From: Azolla caroliniana
Taxonomy: Eukaryota; Plantae; Polypodiophyta
Direction: 5' to 3'
DNA length: 64,000 bases
Assembly: GCA_043228905.1 (NCBI GenBank)
Contig: JBHGNT010000006.1
Span: 434,001 to 498,000 of the forward strand
Shown here: piece by piece, positions 48,756-61,600 of the stretch
Layout: each line of letters starts with the position of its first letter
How positions within the stretch are numbered: position 1 is the first letter of the stretch
The notes under the pieces: model-generated
Told to the model about the DNA's origin: nothing
The model's database searches: none
The model's input: only the letters and a program-made list of their open reading frames with translations
Program-made: the position numbers and the translations under genes

Positions 48756-51362
48756 TCAGAAGGTGCATAATATATGATTCATATAGGTGTATGCCAAACC
48801 AGACCTATTGCCTGATTTGTCAAGTTGAACCACATGTTTGAAAACTAATCTTCCAAGCTGCACATTTCCCCATTTTTCAGAAGCACCCAGTAAAGCAAAC
48901 CACATTGGAAGATGGTCACAACTTGGCATCCCTTGAATGGCTTTCATTGCACTCTCAAAGTACCCTATTCGTCCAAGAAGATCCACAATGCAAGAATGAT
49001 GCTCTAACGTTGGACAAATACCATAGCTCATGCTCATGGTTTCAAAGTACATCCTGCATTTATCTAACAAGCCTAAGAAACTACAAGCATTAAGAATAAC
49101 AATAAAGGTAACTAAATTTGGCTTTATACCTTCTCCTACCATTTTGTTAAACAACTTAAAAACTATTTCATGCTCTCCATTCTGGGCATATCCTGCAATT
49201 AGTGCAGTCCAAGAAACTACATCCTGAATAGGTAGCATGTTAAAGACTTGTTCCGCTTTCGAAAGGGCATTGCATCTAGCATACATATGTACCAATCCAA
49301 CTCCAAGTACACTATCTTTCTCTAGAATGCCGTCTCTAACAATATTAGCATGAATTTCTTCACCTTTTTCAAGTGCTCCAATGCTACTACAAACCTTCAA
49401 GATTGAGGAAAATGCCACGGCATCCGGAGATAAACCTCCAAATTGCATCCGGTTGAAACAGTCTAGTGCTTCCATACTATGCCCATGTTGAGAATATGCT
49501 GAAATTACAGCAGTCCACAAAACTTTATCTGGAATTGGAAGTTCATTAAAGACTTGTTGTGCTATCTCAAGTAAGCCACATCTTATATACATATCAACCA
49601 CAGCAGTACCAAGCACAATGTCTTTTTCCAGCCATCCCTCAATGACAACTAGGGAATGTATTTCTCGGCCCGTTTGAGATGCTCTTAAAATACCACAAGC
49701 TTTCAATACACAAGCGAAGGTAATCACATCCCAATAGAAACCTTCAACTACCATACGTCTGAAACAATCCAGAGCTTGTTCACCATATTCAAGGTCGCAG
49801 TATCCTACAATCAGTGCATTCCAACCTGCATCTCGAGCAATAAGCTCATCAAACACTGCTTTGGCACTCACGACTGTGCCACATTTCACATACATATTCA
49901 TTAATGCAATCCCAAGGACACCAAGGAAACCCCCTCCAAGGATCTGTACATGTAACTCTTTACCCTTCATCCTCGCTCCAATGTCACTACAGACTTGCAA
50001 AACACAGCGAAATGTCACTTCATCAGGAAACTGACCTTCCATTTGCATCTGTCTATAAAAATCAAGTGCTTCTTTACAATGCCCATGTAGGCAATGGCCT
50101 GAGATTAATATATTCCACGAGACTACATTCTGAACTAAAAGTTCATTGAACAATTCATGTGCTATTGTAAGTGCATTACATTTCATATACATTTCTATGA
50201 GAGAATTGTCAAGCACACAATCAACCTCCCATAGCCCTCTCCTGGCAATCTCAGCATGTATTTCTCTACCCTTCCTAGTTTCTCTTATACTGCCACAGGC
50301 TTTCAAGATGGAAGCTAGAGTCACTGCATTTGGAAAGATGCCTTCTTCTTGCATCTTTTCAAAGCGATGAAGTGCTTCTTCACCATACCCATTCAGGCAA
50401 TATCCTGTGATTAGCACAGAATATGAAACAATATTGTGGACTGGAAGGTTGTCAAAAACATCTTGTGCCTTCACAAGTTGACCACATTTTGCATACATAT
50501 CTACCAATGCTGTACCAAGAACATTATCTTTTCCTAATAGGTTTTCTCTAAGGATTTCGAGATGTATTTCTTCACCTTTCTCATTCGCTCCTATACTTCC
50601 ACAGGCTTGCAAGATGCAAGCAAAGGTCATAGCATTAGGGGAAATACCCTTCTGCTGCATCTGTTCGAAACATTTCAATGCTTCCTTGCTATGCCCATGC
50701 TGTACATACCCTGTCATAAGCGCTGTCCATGAGACAACATCCTTTTCGAGAAGCTCATCAAATACTTGTCGAGCATCCACAAGCTCACCACATTTTGCAT
50801 ACATATCAACTAATGCAGTGCCAAGTATAACGTTCCCAGTGAGTAACTTAACATGAGCAATCTCAGCATGTATTTCCTTGCCCTTATGAGAAGCTCTTAT
50901 GATGCCACAAGCTTTTAGGATGCAACAAAAGGTCACTGCATTTGGGAACATTCCTTCACATTGCATCCTTTTGAAACAGTCCAGTGCTTCATTACCGCAC
51001 CCATATTGAGCATATCCTCCAATCAGGGCAGTCCAGGAGACCACGTCCTGAACCAAGAGCTTATCGAACAATTCTTGGGCCATTGTGAGGGCAGCACACT
51101 TGGCATACATGTTCACTAATGCACTGCCTATGAAAATGTTCTTCTCAAGAAAACCCATTTCAACAACATGACCATGTATTTTGCATCCCTCAACCAGATT
51201 CTTTTTTCGAGCACAAGCCTTCAAGCTGGTAACTACATCAATTTCCTCTTTGTTTAATCCTTTATGCATTTCTATTGTATTAGCTATGTTCCACTCATAC
51301 ATTTTACCATGTCTTTCTTTCAATAGTGCCTGCCGCACTTGTTTTCTCCTTCTTCTTCTCAT
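48756..51362 (-). CDS. PLS-class PPR protein with an E domain (868 aa)
   Basis: PLS triplets, HHSCIVDLLGRIG and LLGASEKWGNVQLG. Confidence 0.93.
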   Translation of the reverse strand: MRRRRRKQVRQALLKERHGKMYEWNIANTIEMHKGLNKEEIDVVTSLKACARKKNLVEGCKIHGHVVEMGFLEKNIFIGSALVNMYAKCAALTMAQELFDKLLVQDVVSWTALIGGYAQYGCGNEALDCFKRMQCEGMFPNAVTFCCILKACGIIRASHKGKEIHAEIAHVKLLTGNVILGTALVDMYAKCGELVDARQVFDELLEKDVVSWTALMTGYVQHGHSKEALKCFEQMQQKGISPNAMTFACILQACGSIGANEKGEEIHLEILRENLLGKDNVLGTALVDMYAKCGQLVKAQDVFDNLPVHNIVSYSVLITGYCLNGYGEEALHRFEKMQEEGIFPNAVTLASILKACGSIRETRKGREIHAEIARRGLWEVDCVLDNSLIEMYMKCNALTIAHELFNELLVQNVVSWNILISGHCLHGHCKEALDFYRQMQMEGQFPDEVTFRCVLQVCSDIGARMKGKELHVQILGGGFLGVLGIALMNMYVKCGTVVSAKAVFDELIARDAGWNALIVGYCDLEYGEQALDCFRRMVVEGFYWDVITFACVLKACGILRASQTGREIHSLVVIEGWLEKDIVLGTAVVDMYIRCGLLEIAQQVFNELPIPDKVLWTAVISAYSQHGHSMEALDCFNRMQFGGLSPDAVAFSSILKVCSSIGALEKGEEIHANIVRDGILEKDSVLGVGLVHMYARCNALSKAEQVFNMLPIQDVVSWTALIAGYAQNGEHEIVFKLFNKMVGEGIKPNLVTFIVILNACSFLGLLDKCRMYFETMSMSYGICPTLEHHSCIVDLLGRIGYFESAMKAIQGMPSCDHLPMWFALLGASEKWGNVQLGRLVFKHVVQLDKSGNRSGLAYTYMNHILCTF

Positions 51363-51626
51363 AAGTTAAGTACTTAATTAATATATGCAACCCACTTTAA
51401 TCAGATTATTCGTGAGGCAGAAGAAGATACTCTGGGCAGTTCATTCGCTTTATGTTTCCAATTTCCATAGAGTAAGCTTTTATTGCACGTTATTCGTCTC
51501 TGTCAAAAAACTCATGGATAGAATTAAATTAGCCTCAGTCTTGTCATTATTGCTGAGTCTGCCCCATTTTTGCTGTCATCTCCTCTTCTTTTGATGGAGA
51601 TCCTCCTACAAATTCTTCTAACGCTA

Positions 51627-51658
<32 letters not shown>

Positions 51659-52299
51659 TACCGTTAAAGAACGAACTATAATCTGTTTTCTCTGACCTCA
51701 CTATAATCAGGGCTTAGCGCTATCAGCTTCAACCCCTCATCCTCCACTTCAGGCAAAGGCCGCACTCACATCAATCAGCTTTCTGGCCAACTGTCATCTC
51801 AACTTTAACCATCAATAATTGCAAGTTGAAAGCTATAACGGAGGAGTTCCATGCCATGCTACGTGGACTAGTTATCAAAATTCATTTGACGTTTTTGAAT
51901 GTTATATTACATCAGCTAATTTCAGGGATATTAGAGAGATTACGAAAATGTTTAATATATAAAGAAATAAAACTCTATTAATATTAGTGTTGAATCAAGT
52001 TCCCCACAGCAGCTCTAATTATAATAGCATTTTCTCGTACATGGATTATATATGTGAATTAATTAATAATGAAGATTGGCAGGAATACATTTGTGATTTC
52101 TTATTCCCACTTTCAAAAGCTCAAATTAAGAACATCATTACAGTAAGATTGAATTACCTTAAAAATACAGAATTTTATACATACAGTTTATTAGGCAAGA
52201 TCCATACACTATAGCTTGGAAAGAAATCCTCCCATGCTAGCACAACATCATTCTAAATAGAACTCTGCATATGAAAGCAGTAATTGCTAAAAAATAGTT

Positions 52300-52700
52300 C
52301 CATTTGAGTGCATGCTTTCACCAACCATAAACCATGAGAATGTCTTGACATATTCACATGCAAATTCCAAGATTCATCCCAATGTTTCTTTCCTAAAATG
52401 TATTCAATTCAATTTTCATTGTCCAAATTTCTTGATTCACGTCCTTTTGCAAGTGGCTGCTCAATAATCTTTTGCTAATCATCCATCTTCCCAAAGTCCA
52501 CCAACTCATATCAAACCAACCCTTCATTGCTAAGCCCAAGGTCTTCTCCCTGGGATTCTGGCAGCAGTTCCATTCTCCATTTCCACATTGAGTAGGTTTC
52601 CACAATGAAATTCTTAAGGCTCCAGTTGTTTACTTGATGTGTTGGCATTGTCTTTGTTGATGGAAGTTGAATAAGATAGTGACATAGAACCAAGTGACTT
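52300..52700 (-). mobile_element. Highly degenerate copia gag-like fragment
   Basis: TYSMWKWRMELL resembles the copia gag NYxxWKxRM motif. Otherwise the region is fragmented. Confidence 0.35.
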
Positions 52701-52865
52701 GTACCTTTAAGTTTTTTCAGAGAAATCCATCATTTGGTCTCGTTAGGAAGAAAAGAAGTTCCCTACTTCAGAAGAGACTTTGTCATTGATTAGATTTGCA
52801 TACCCCTTCAGAAGTTCACTTAAAGTTCCTTGAGGAGTGTAAAAATTCGCTACTTTACATTCAAC

Positions 52866-55310
52866 TCAGACACATATACAGCCATTTACATTGTTACCAT
52901 CATTTTCCATTCTTATTTCTGCAATCCTGTGTACTTTCTCTCTCATGCCAGCAGTTGCATAAATGTTGCACATGCAGACATAAGCAATGGAAGACTTTTT
53001 GTCCAATTTCACAGCGTGATCAAAAGCTAACTTCCCTAGCCTCACATTCCCCCATCTTTGACAAGCAACTAGAAGTGCATGCCATATTCGTCCATGCTCT
53101 GAAGATGGTATCTCCTCAATCATTTTCAACGCTTTGTCCAAATGTCCTGCATGGGCAAAAAGATCCACTATACATGTATGATGGTCTATGTTTGGGTGTA
53201 TTGCATAGCTTGCACTCATAGACTCCAAGTATGATCGGCCCTCAACAACTAAACACGAGTAAGTGCACGCATTAAGCACAAGAATGAATGTGACCAAGTC
53301 TGGCTGAATGCCTTCTCCTATCATTTTGCTAAAGAGATTGAAAACAATCTCATGTTTTCCCAGTTGGGAATATCCCATAATTAATACAGTCCATGATACT
53401 ACATCACGTACAGCAAGTTTGTCGAAAATCTCTTTCACCTTACAAAGGTCACCACATTTTGTATACATGCTCAACAGTGCATTCCTGATTGTGATATCTT
53501 TTTCCAGAAAACCCTTGCTCATGATATCTTTGTGTATTTCTTCCCCCCTTACACCTGCTCCGATGTCACCACAGGCTTGTAAGATGCAAGCATATATTGC
53601 TGCATTAGCCGATTGACCCTTTTTATGCATCCTATCAAAGCAGTGGAGTGCTTCAATGGCATATCCAAGTCTAGCATACCCTGCTATTAGGACAGCCCAT
53701 GACACTACATCAAGAACTGGAAGACAATCAAATACTTCTTGTGCCTTCGTAAGGCAACCACACTTGGCATACATATCGACCACAGCATTCCCTAGCACAC
53801 TATCATTTTTTAGTAAGTCCTCCCTGACAATCTCAGCATGGATTTTCTCACCTGTTTCAGCAGCTCCAATGTTGCCACAAGCTTGCAACACTCGAGTCAA
53901 CATCACTGCATCAGTAGAGAGGCCTTTGCAATTTAATTGCTCAAAAAAGTCGATTGCTTTCTCAGAACTCCCATGATAGACATAACCAGATAGCAATGCA
54001 GTTATGGACACCACATCTTGAACAGGAATCCTGTTGAATATTTCTTCTGCATTTGCAAGTTCACCACATTTGGCATACATGTCAACTAATCCATTTTCAA
54101 GCATGTTCGTTTTCCCCAAAAACAGTTCTTCCACAACTGCAGCATGGATTTCTTTACCTTCCTTACTGGTTCTTAATGACCCATGTATATTGAGAATGCA
54201 AGAAAAGGTAGATGAATCTGGGCAAATACCCTCAGACTGCATCTGTTTGAAACAATGCAATGCACCCTCAGAATTACCTTGTCCATAGTATCCTCTTATC
54301 AGTGCATTCCAGGATATTACATTACGACTAGGAAGCTCATCAAATATTTCTTGGGCATTTGCACATTCATCACATTTGGTATACATATCCATCAAAGTGG
54401 TTCCTATAACAAGGTCTGTTTTCAACAATCCTTCGGTAACAATCCCAGCATGCATCTGTTTCCCTTTTTGAACTGTTCTTAAGCTGCTGTAGGCCTTCAA
54501 TATGCTCACGAATGTCAATTGATTGGGAAAGAGACCCTCCAATTGCATTTGATGGAAACAGTTCACCACTTCCTCAGCACGCCCATGTTGTGCATAGCCA
54601 CTCATCAAAGAAGTCCAGCATATTACATTCCGCATAGGTAACTCATTGAATACCTTACGTGCATTCTCCAATTCACCACATTTTGCATACATATCTACCA
54701 ATGCATTTCCGAGCACAGTATCATTTTCCAGCAAACCATTTTGAACAATTTCTACATGCACTTCTCTGCCCTTTTGCGTTGCTTCTACACTTTGGAAGGC
54801 TTTTAAAATGCATGACAGTGTCACCGCATTGGGAGAAACCCCCTCACAGTTCATCTGCTGGAAACATTGGAGAGCTTCTTCACCAAGACCATGTTGGGTA
54901 TATCCTGCAACTAGTGCAGTCCAAGACACCACATCTCGAACTGGAAGCGCATCAAAAACTCGATGTGCCTTAGAAACCATGCCACATTTAGCGTACATAT
55001 CCACCAATGCGGTTCCAAGTATATTGTTTTTCTCTAAAACAATCTCTTTAGCGATTCTTGCATGGAGTTCTTTACCTTTTGTGGCTCCTCCAATCATACC
55101 ACAAGCTTTCAAGATGCCCACAAAGGTTACAACATTTGGTGCGACGCCCTCGAGCTGCATTCGGCCAAGATGGATGAGTGCCTCTTGCCCGTGTCCATGT
55201 TGAACATAGGCTGCAATGAGCGCTGTCCACGAGACTACGTCTCGAAGATACAGAGACTCGTCAAATACGTGTTGAGACATTGCCAGCGGACTAATACATC
55301 TGGCATACAT
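52866..55310 (-). CDS. PLS-class PPR protein with an E domain (814 aa; the true start may lie upstream)
   Basis: PLS triplets, HHTCIVDLFAHAG and AYVCMCNIYATAG. Confidence 0.9.
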   Translation of the reverse strand: MYARCISPLAMSQHVFDESLYLRDVVSWTALIAAYVQHGHGQEALIHLGRMQLEGVAPNVVTFVGILKACGMIGGATKGKELHARIAKEIVLEKNNILGTALVDMYAKCGMVSKAHRVFDALPVRDVVSWTALVAGYTQHGLGEEALQCFQQMNCEGVSPNAVTLSCILKAFQSVEATQKGREVHVEIVQNGLLENDTVLGNALVDMYAKCGELENARKVFNELPMRNVICWTSLMSGYAQHGRAEEVVNCFHQMQLEGLFPNQLTFVSILKAYSSLRTVQKGKQMHAGIVTEGLLKTDLVIGTTLMDMYTKCDECANAQEIFDELPSRNVISWNALIRGYYGQGNSEGALHCFKQMQSEGICPDSSTFSCILNIHGSLRTSKEGKEIHAAVVEELFLGKTNMLENGLVDMYAKCGELANAEEIFNRIPVQDVVSITALLSGYVYHGSSEKAIDFFEQLNCKGLSTDAVMLTRVLQACGNIGAAETGEKIHAEIVREDLLKNDSVLGNAVVDMYAKCGCLTKAQEVFDCLPVLDVVSWAVLIAGYARLGYAIEALHCFDRMHKKGQSANAAIYACILQACGDIGAGVRGEEIHKDIMSKGFLEKDITIRNALLSMYTKCGDLCKVKEIFDKLAVRDVVSWTVLIMGYSQLGKHEIVFNLFSKMIGEGIQPDLVTFILVLNACTYSCLVVEGRSYLESMSASYAIHPNIDHHTCIVDLFAHAGHLDKALKMIEEIPSSEHGRIWHALLVACQRWGNVRLGKLAFDHAVKLDKKSSIAYVCMCNIYATAGMREKVHRIAEIRMENDGNNVNGCICV

Positions 55311-56070
55311 GTGGATTAATGGTTGCAGAATAAATTCTGGTTGATCAAGTACCTTTGCCTGTGTATATTACAACGCAGTCTAACGACTCTGAAAAGAGAC
55401 GCCATAACCCTTCCTTCCTCCGGTAATTTCTGATCCGCAGCATTCTGCCACGAATATCTAGTCTTAGACTCGAATTTCTTCATGCTGTTCTTCTACCACC
55501 AGCGCGCGAACTTTGTTTAGAGGTTGAGAGATTCCTTCATTCGCGAAGTGTGTGTACATACGTAAAATCGATCGTCTCTAACTCTTCTTCTTCCACAGGT
55601 TTTGAGACTTTGGGTCGTCCGTCCCCAATTTTTAACTTTCGGATGGATGCAACAACATATGATGTACATAATGCTTTGGAATCATCTAATCCAGCGGTGC
55701 CTTGCTTGGACTTGCTTGCTTGCTTCACTATGCATCATCAAATTCATTCCTTGCGATTAAGCTTGGTTATTTCTATTATTAATGAATGTATCATCATGAT
55801 TTGAGAAAGATGTTATCTTCTTCGACACAAACACCAGTCGGGTGTTGTAGCACAAGCAAATAAGTCCATCAGATTATGCATGCACGCGTGCTTTGCTCCG
55901 AACAAGTTTGAGTGTTTGGGTATCACACTTTAATACAATGCTCTACATTCAATCTCATTTGAGTTTGCTTTCCGCACATTGTCAGTATGGTTCAATCCAT
56001 ACACACATTTGTCTCACAATCACAACATCCGCCCCTGAATTTAATGTCAATTAGTAAACATCTTGAGCAT

Positions 56071-56407
56071 CAAGAGTCAAAATTTAATCTCTATTAGTAA
56101 ACTTGTTGAACATACATTATTAGTAGTAATCCACCCAGAGAATTTAAATTTTGTCCATAGAAGAAATATCATGAAACAGAAGATAAATCATATAATGATT
56201 GCTTCTAAGAGTGTTGGACGAAACTAAAGTAATGAAAAATTGAGAGTCAAAATTTAATGTCTATTAGTAAACTTCTTGAACATACATTATTAGTGGTAAT
56301 CCACCTAGAGAATTTAAATTTTGTCAATAGAAATATCATGAAACAGAAGATAAATCATATAATGATTGCTTCTGAGAGTGTTGGACAAAACTAAAGTAAT
56401 GAAAAAC
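56071..56407. repeat. ~170-bp tandem duplication
   Basis: agagtcaaaatttaat.tctattagtaaactt.ttgaacatacattattag..aaactaaagtaatgaaaaa occurs twice. Confidence 0.9.
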
Positions 56408-56719
56408 GGAGAACCATAGACTCACTACTTAATTCTATACACACTACGTGAAAATGATTGCCTCATGCTATGCCTAAAGAAGTTGAATTCATGAAAAACG
56501 GGTCGTTGAAACCCTAAACCCCTACACCAAGTGTCACTACTTAATTCTACATGTATCATGTGAAAATGATTCATTTTTGTCCATATGTCATATTTGATGA
56601 GCAAGAACGATAATAAAATTGAGAGGACGCAAGTTCTATCCTCATCATTGGCTAGGCCCGTCCATAGATCGCAATGAATCTCTCATGGACATTAAATCTC
56701 TCTCTCTCTCTCTCTTTGA

Positions 56720-57525
56720 GAGGTGTTCGACCCAAAGAAATATCAGCACTCCAAAGAGTATATAGATACATTACAAGAGTCAAGAATATGTCGAATCATT
56801 GATTACTACATCTTGCTTGGAATGTTGGACGTAAGCTACAAAAGAATCATAAGAGTAAGATTCTCTCATCTGATTGGGTTGTTGACATAAGGAAATGGTT
56901 TAGAAGATGGGGTGTGGATGATCTTTTAGAGCTTTCGGGCGATGATATGCATTATGTAATGATTGAGGAAAGGTTGGTGGAATCATTAAGGATGAAGTGG
57001 GAAGATGCTAACAGGACAAAGCTATAATACTACTTTGCAAATGTCAACCTTGAATGTTGGTCTTAATATAAAGCAAGATTGCCTATTGATTGCATCCAAC
57101 CTTCTGTCATTACCAATATGAGTAGTAATGCTTGTACAACCCTTACACTACTTCGCACTCGATTTCACAATCTAGCTATTGAAGTTGCATCATGGTATCA
57201 AAATGTAATGAATTTGAAGGCATGTAAAGTATGCAATGAAGGCATGGTAGAAGATGAATATCACTTGCTCTTCACATGCTCGACATGTATTTGTTCAAGA
57301 TATGTTGACATACTAAGAGGGAGTGATAACTTAAGTGTCATACTTAAAGACACCACCTAGAAAGTTGTGCGCATATTATGTGTATGCTTTATTCACGCAT
57401 AGAAGACTTCGTGGTTCAATGTATGAATACCCCTTCTTAGGGAGGAGACACATATCAAGAAGACATGTATACTCTAGTCCCCTAGGTCAAATTTGGTCTC
57501 TTTATGGACAATAAAAATTCTAATT
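56720..57525 (+). mobile_element. 5'-truncated LINE of the same family as 16331-16915/32721-33362, inserted in a (CT)n tract
   Basis: Homology to the split copy. CxxC..EDEYHLLFTC. ATTCTA tail. (CT)n on both flanks. Confidence 0.85.
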
Positions 57526-57739
57526 CTCTCTCTCTCTCTCTCTTGGTGAAAACACACAATTATATTAATAAATGTGTGTAAAAAACACTACTTACAATGG
57601 GTGTGACAATGGAATATGGTCACCCACTAACTACACTACATGGGTAGTGGAACATGTTGAATTGCCAATAGGCAAGACGAACACTCCACGGAGGAAATAA
57701 TTTCCACTTGCTCCAATAAAGAAAATTGTCACATCAGTA

Positions 57740-58200
57740 CTCCCTTCAACTTTCATAGATATGCTGTCACTCCATGTCTACCGTCGAATACAAAAGCGTT
57801 GCGTATATTCCAGTTATGACGCAATCCCCAATATCTCAGAAATAGAAAAACGATCTCCATCTCTGATTTTGGGTCAACCTGTGTAAATTGTGCAAACACC
57901 CATGATCTAGGTGTCAAATAACATCGCGATAAAACTTGCCAAATTTGAGAAATGTAAAGTCTCCAAATCTGACAAGCAATTGGACATTGTATAAATCTAA
58001 GAGTACTATCTTCCATTTGAACAGTGCAAAAGAAACAATTACCCGTTGCTAATCCACGATGCTTTAGAGCTAATCCCAAAGGCAATCCTCCAATCAAAAC
58101 TCTCCAAATAAAGACCTTTGCTACAAGTGGTAATTTAGAATGCCAACTACATTGTAATATTTGCCACCACCCATGATCAGATTTGTGTAATTTCCTAGTC
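57740..58200 (-). mobile_element. L1-type LINE ORF2 C-terminal (zf-RVT-like) fragment
   Basis: CFFC...EDS..RF..CP....W and W..RN..VF motifs. Confidence 0.7.
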
Positions 58201-58619
58201 CAAAACCCTAGTGGTTCCCACCCGACTCACACAACAATCCGGCGTCGAAAGGCATGATAACGCTAGGGATCGGCAACAGCTCCGCTCAAGCCTAAACCGT
58301 TTGGCTTAGTCGGCTTAGCAGCTTAATGGCTCGACTCGACTTGGTTTAGGCTTGAACTTGCCTTAACGGTTTGATCTCGGCTTGGCTTGGCTTGAGCCTC
58401 GCCAAACTAGCTCAAGCCGGTTAAGCCGGCTAAGACATTTAGAAACTTTAGAGCGAGAGGGAGAGAGAGAGAAAGAGAGGCAGGGAGGGAGGGAGGGAGA
58501 ACTACACAGACGAGGAGAGAGAGAGAGAGAGAGACTACACGGGACCTGACAAAGGGGAGAGAGGGAGGGAGAGGGAGGGAGAGGGAGAGTCAAAGACCAC
58601 ACAGACGTGAGAGAGAGAG

Positions 58620-61600
58620 TGTCAGGAACAGTACTAAGACAGAGAAGGAATTAGTACTAAAAGAAGTATTAGTACTAAGAGAGGTGAAGAACTCTCGAGA
58701 GAAGGAAAGAGTGAGTGAGAGGGAGGGAGAGAGAGATCGAGAGATCGAGAGAGTGATGATAAGAAAAGATATATATTATGTGAAGAAAATGTACAGTAGC
58801 TAGGAGGCTTAAGACTGGCGTTGAACAGATTTGGTTCGAAATAATGCCTTGTGCCTCCTTTTATAGTGTTCTAAGGAATATTCCTGAAGTTTCTAGAATG
58901 TTCCAGAGAAATCTGGAATATACATCAATTTTCTATAATCAAACATAAATGAAAATAATATTCTATGTATTACAATGTATAGTCTAATGATCAAGAGCTC
59001 GACCCATGTAGCATAAGTCATGGGTTCGAGTCTTGCCATATCATGACACTATCCCCCCTTTAAAACGACGAGTGTAACGAGTCGTTTTGGATTGAGGACC
59101 CGGTTTGTCTGGATATTGACAATGGAAGTCTTCAAGAAGAGCACGAGCATTGGTGACATTCTCTATCGGTTCCCAAGTACGCTCGCTGGGACTATATCCT
59201 AGCCAATCGACTAGATAGTAGAGCTTGTTGCGAACAAGCTTGGAATCAAGGATGGCGGCAACCTCGTACTCAGGTCCATCTTCAAGCTCGATCGGGGGTG
59301 GAGGCTGTGTAATACGTCCTGGGATGGTGCTCTCTTGATAGGGTTCAAGGAGAGAACTATGAAACACCGGATGTATCCGAAGTTGTGGAGGTAGATCAAG
59401 ACGAAAAGCGACATCATTAATCTTTCCTATAATATGGAAAGGACCTAATCGCCGATAATCCAACTTCTCACATGGGCGAGTGGTCTTGATGTGTTGTCGG
59501 AGTAGCCATACCCGATCTCCAATGTTAAAACTAGATGGGAGTCGATGATGATCCGCATAAACCTTGTGTGTTTGTTGAGCTTGTTGGAGGTGAGTAGATA
59601 CATCCGCTTGTATCTTGCGTAACTTCTCCAAACGATCTTCTGCGCAAGGATTTGTGGACACCTCTGGGGTTTCAAGTACACACCACCGGGGGTGACATCC
59701 CGTATAAGCATAAAATGGGGTAACTTTAGTGGATGCATGGATAGAGTTGTTATAGGCAAATTCGGCGAAGTGGAGAATATCTGCCCAGTCATCCTGATGA
59801 TAGCTGAGAAAGCACCGCAGATCCTGCTCCAGCGTTTGATTGGTTCGTTCGACTTGGCCATCGGTTTGGGGGTGGTCGCCGGAGGAGAGGTTACAAGTGA
59901 CCTTGAGCATGTTAAAAAGGTGCTTCCAGAATTTTGACACGAAACTGGGGTCCACGATCGCTGATGATACTATCGGGAAGTCCATGATGCCGACATACTT
60001 CACGCATGACAATTTCGGCAGTGTCTTCACTGGAGATCTCCTTAGTACATGGCAAGAAATGAGCCATCTTCGTATATCGATCGACCACCGTTAGAATCGC
60101 ATTGAACCCCTTAGAGACTGGAAGATCTGTGATGAAGTCTAGAGCAATGGATTGCCACGTCTTGCTTGGAATTGGTAATGGTTCTAATAAACCATATGGA
60201 TGATGCCTTGGCATTTTCGCTCTGCAGCATGTATCACAAGTCCGAACAAAATCCTCGACAAATTGTCGCATACAGGGCCACCAGAATGATCGTTGTATTA
60301 AATGTAATGTTTTAGTACTACCAAAATGCCCAGATGTATATGTGTCATGACAGTTTTGTACTACTTGAAGGCGGCAAGAACCATTAGGAACATACAAAAG
60401 TTCTTTAAAGAAGAGTAATCCATCATGGTATTTGAATTGCCGATAGTCCGTACCTAGTGGTTGCGACTGTGAACACGACGCGCGAGAGGGATAAATTTGT
60501 GCTAGTATAGCTTGGGCGAACGCATCTGTCTTCAAGTCTTCGCGTATGGTATCGATAACGCGGGAATCCATGGGCATGTCAAAGATCTGTGTTGCTTGTA
60601 GTCGTGCCGGTCCCAAGATGACTTGTTCTTGGTTATCGAAAGCTGGCTCGTCGGGACGGGGTGCTAGATACGAACGTCGTGATAATGCATCTGCCTTCCC
60701 TTGGTGCTTCCCCGAACGATATGTAATTTTGAAGTCGAAACACGTGAGGAAGTGGGCCCACCGAGCTTGACGTCGATTCAACACACGAGCATCCTGAAAG
60801 TAGGCAAGGTTCTTGTGGTCACTAAATACAGTGACCGGATGAGAGGATCCCTCCAGAAAATGCCTCCATTGCATAAAAGAATCCACTATTGCCAATAGCT
60901 CCTTATCATGAATTTCGTAGTTGATTTCGGCGGCGTCAAACTTGCGTGAGTGAAAAGCCACAGGATGTAGCTTCTCATCATTCCCCTATTGTGACAGAAT
61001 GCTCCCCAATGCAAAATCCGATGTGTCAACTTCGATAATGAATGGTTTTTCCGGATCGACATGAGCTAGAATTGGAGCCGATGTAAATGCCTTTTTAAGA
61101 CTCTCGAAAGCCATGTCCGTTTCTTCAGACCAGATGAACGGTTGTCCCTTCCTGGTAAGTTGTGTGAGGTAGAACGATCTTTGAGTAATCTTGTATGAAC
61201 TTCCGGTAAAAATTGGCAAAGCCTAGGAAGCATTGCACATCCCGCACCGAACGCGGAGTTTGCCATTCTACCACCGTTTTGTCCTGGTTCACCGCAGTAA
61301 AGACATAGTCGATTTGTACGGCGTCGTTGCTTTTCTTCTTCGGATAATGGCCCTCGACGACGTGTAGTGTCAATCTCCATCGGAGTCGGAGTATTCGCTG
61401 GAGGCGCATTATATGACTCCCTCGGAAAAGCTCTTGATACCACTGAGGCGTAGGTGGGCTCTGATCTTGCCCTCGGCATTTGTAGCTGTCGTTCCGAACG
61501 TCGCTCAAAGAGGCGGTTGTCACATCTCACTGCGCGACTGATTGCTTCTGTTAAGGACTTTGGCTCTTCGAGGAAGGTCAAGACTAAATCCTTGACGTCG

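Noticed and set aside
58270-58445. Possible hAT/MITE subterminal repeat region (ggctt/aagcc motifs)
   Set aside because: Short inverted motifs are visible, but I could not define termini or a TSD.
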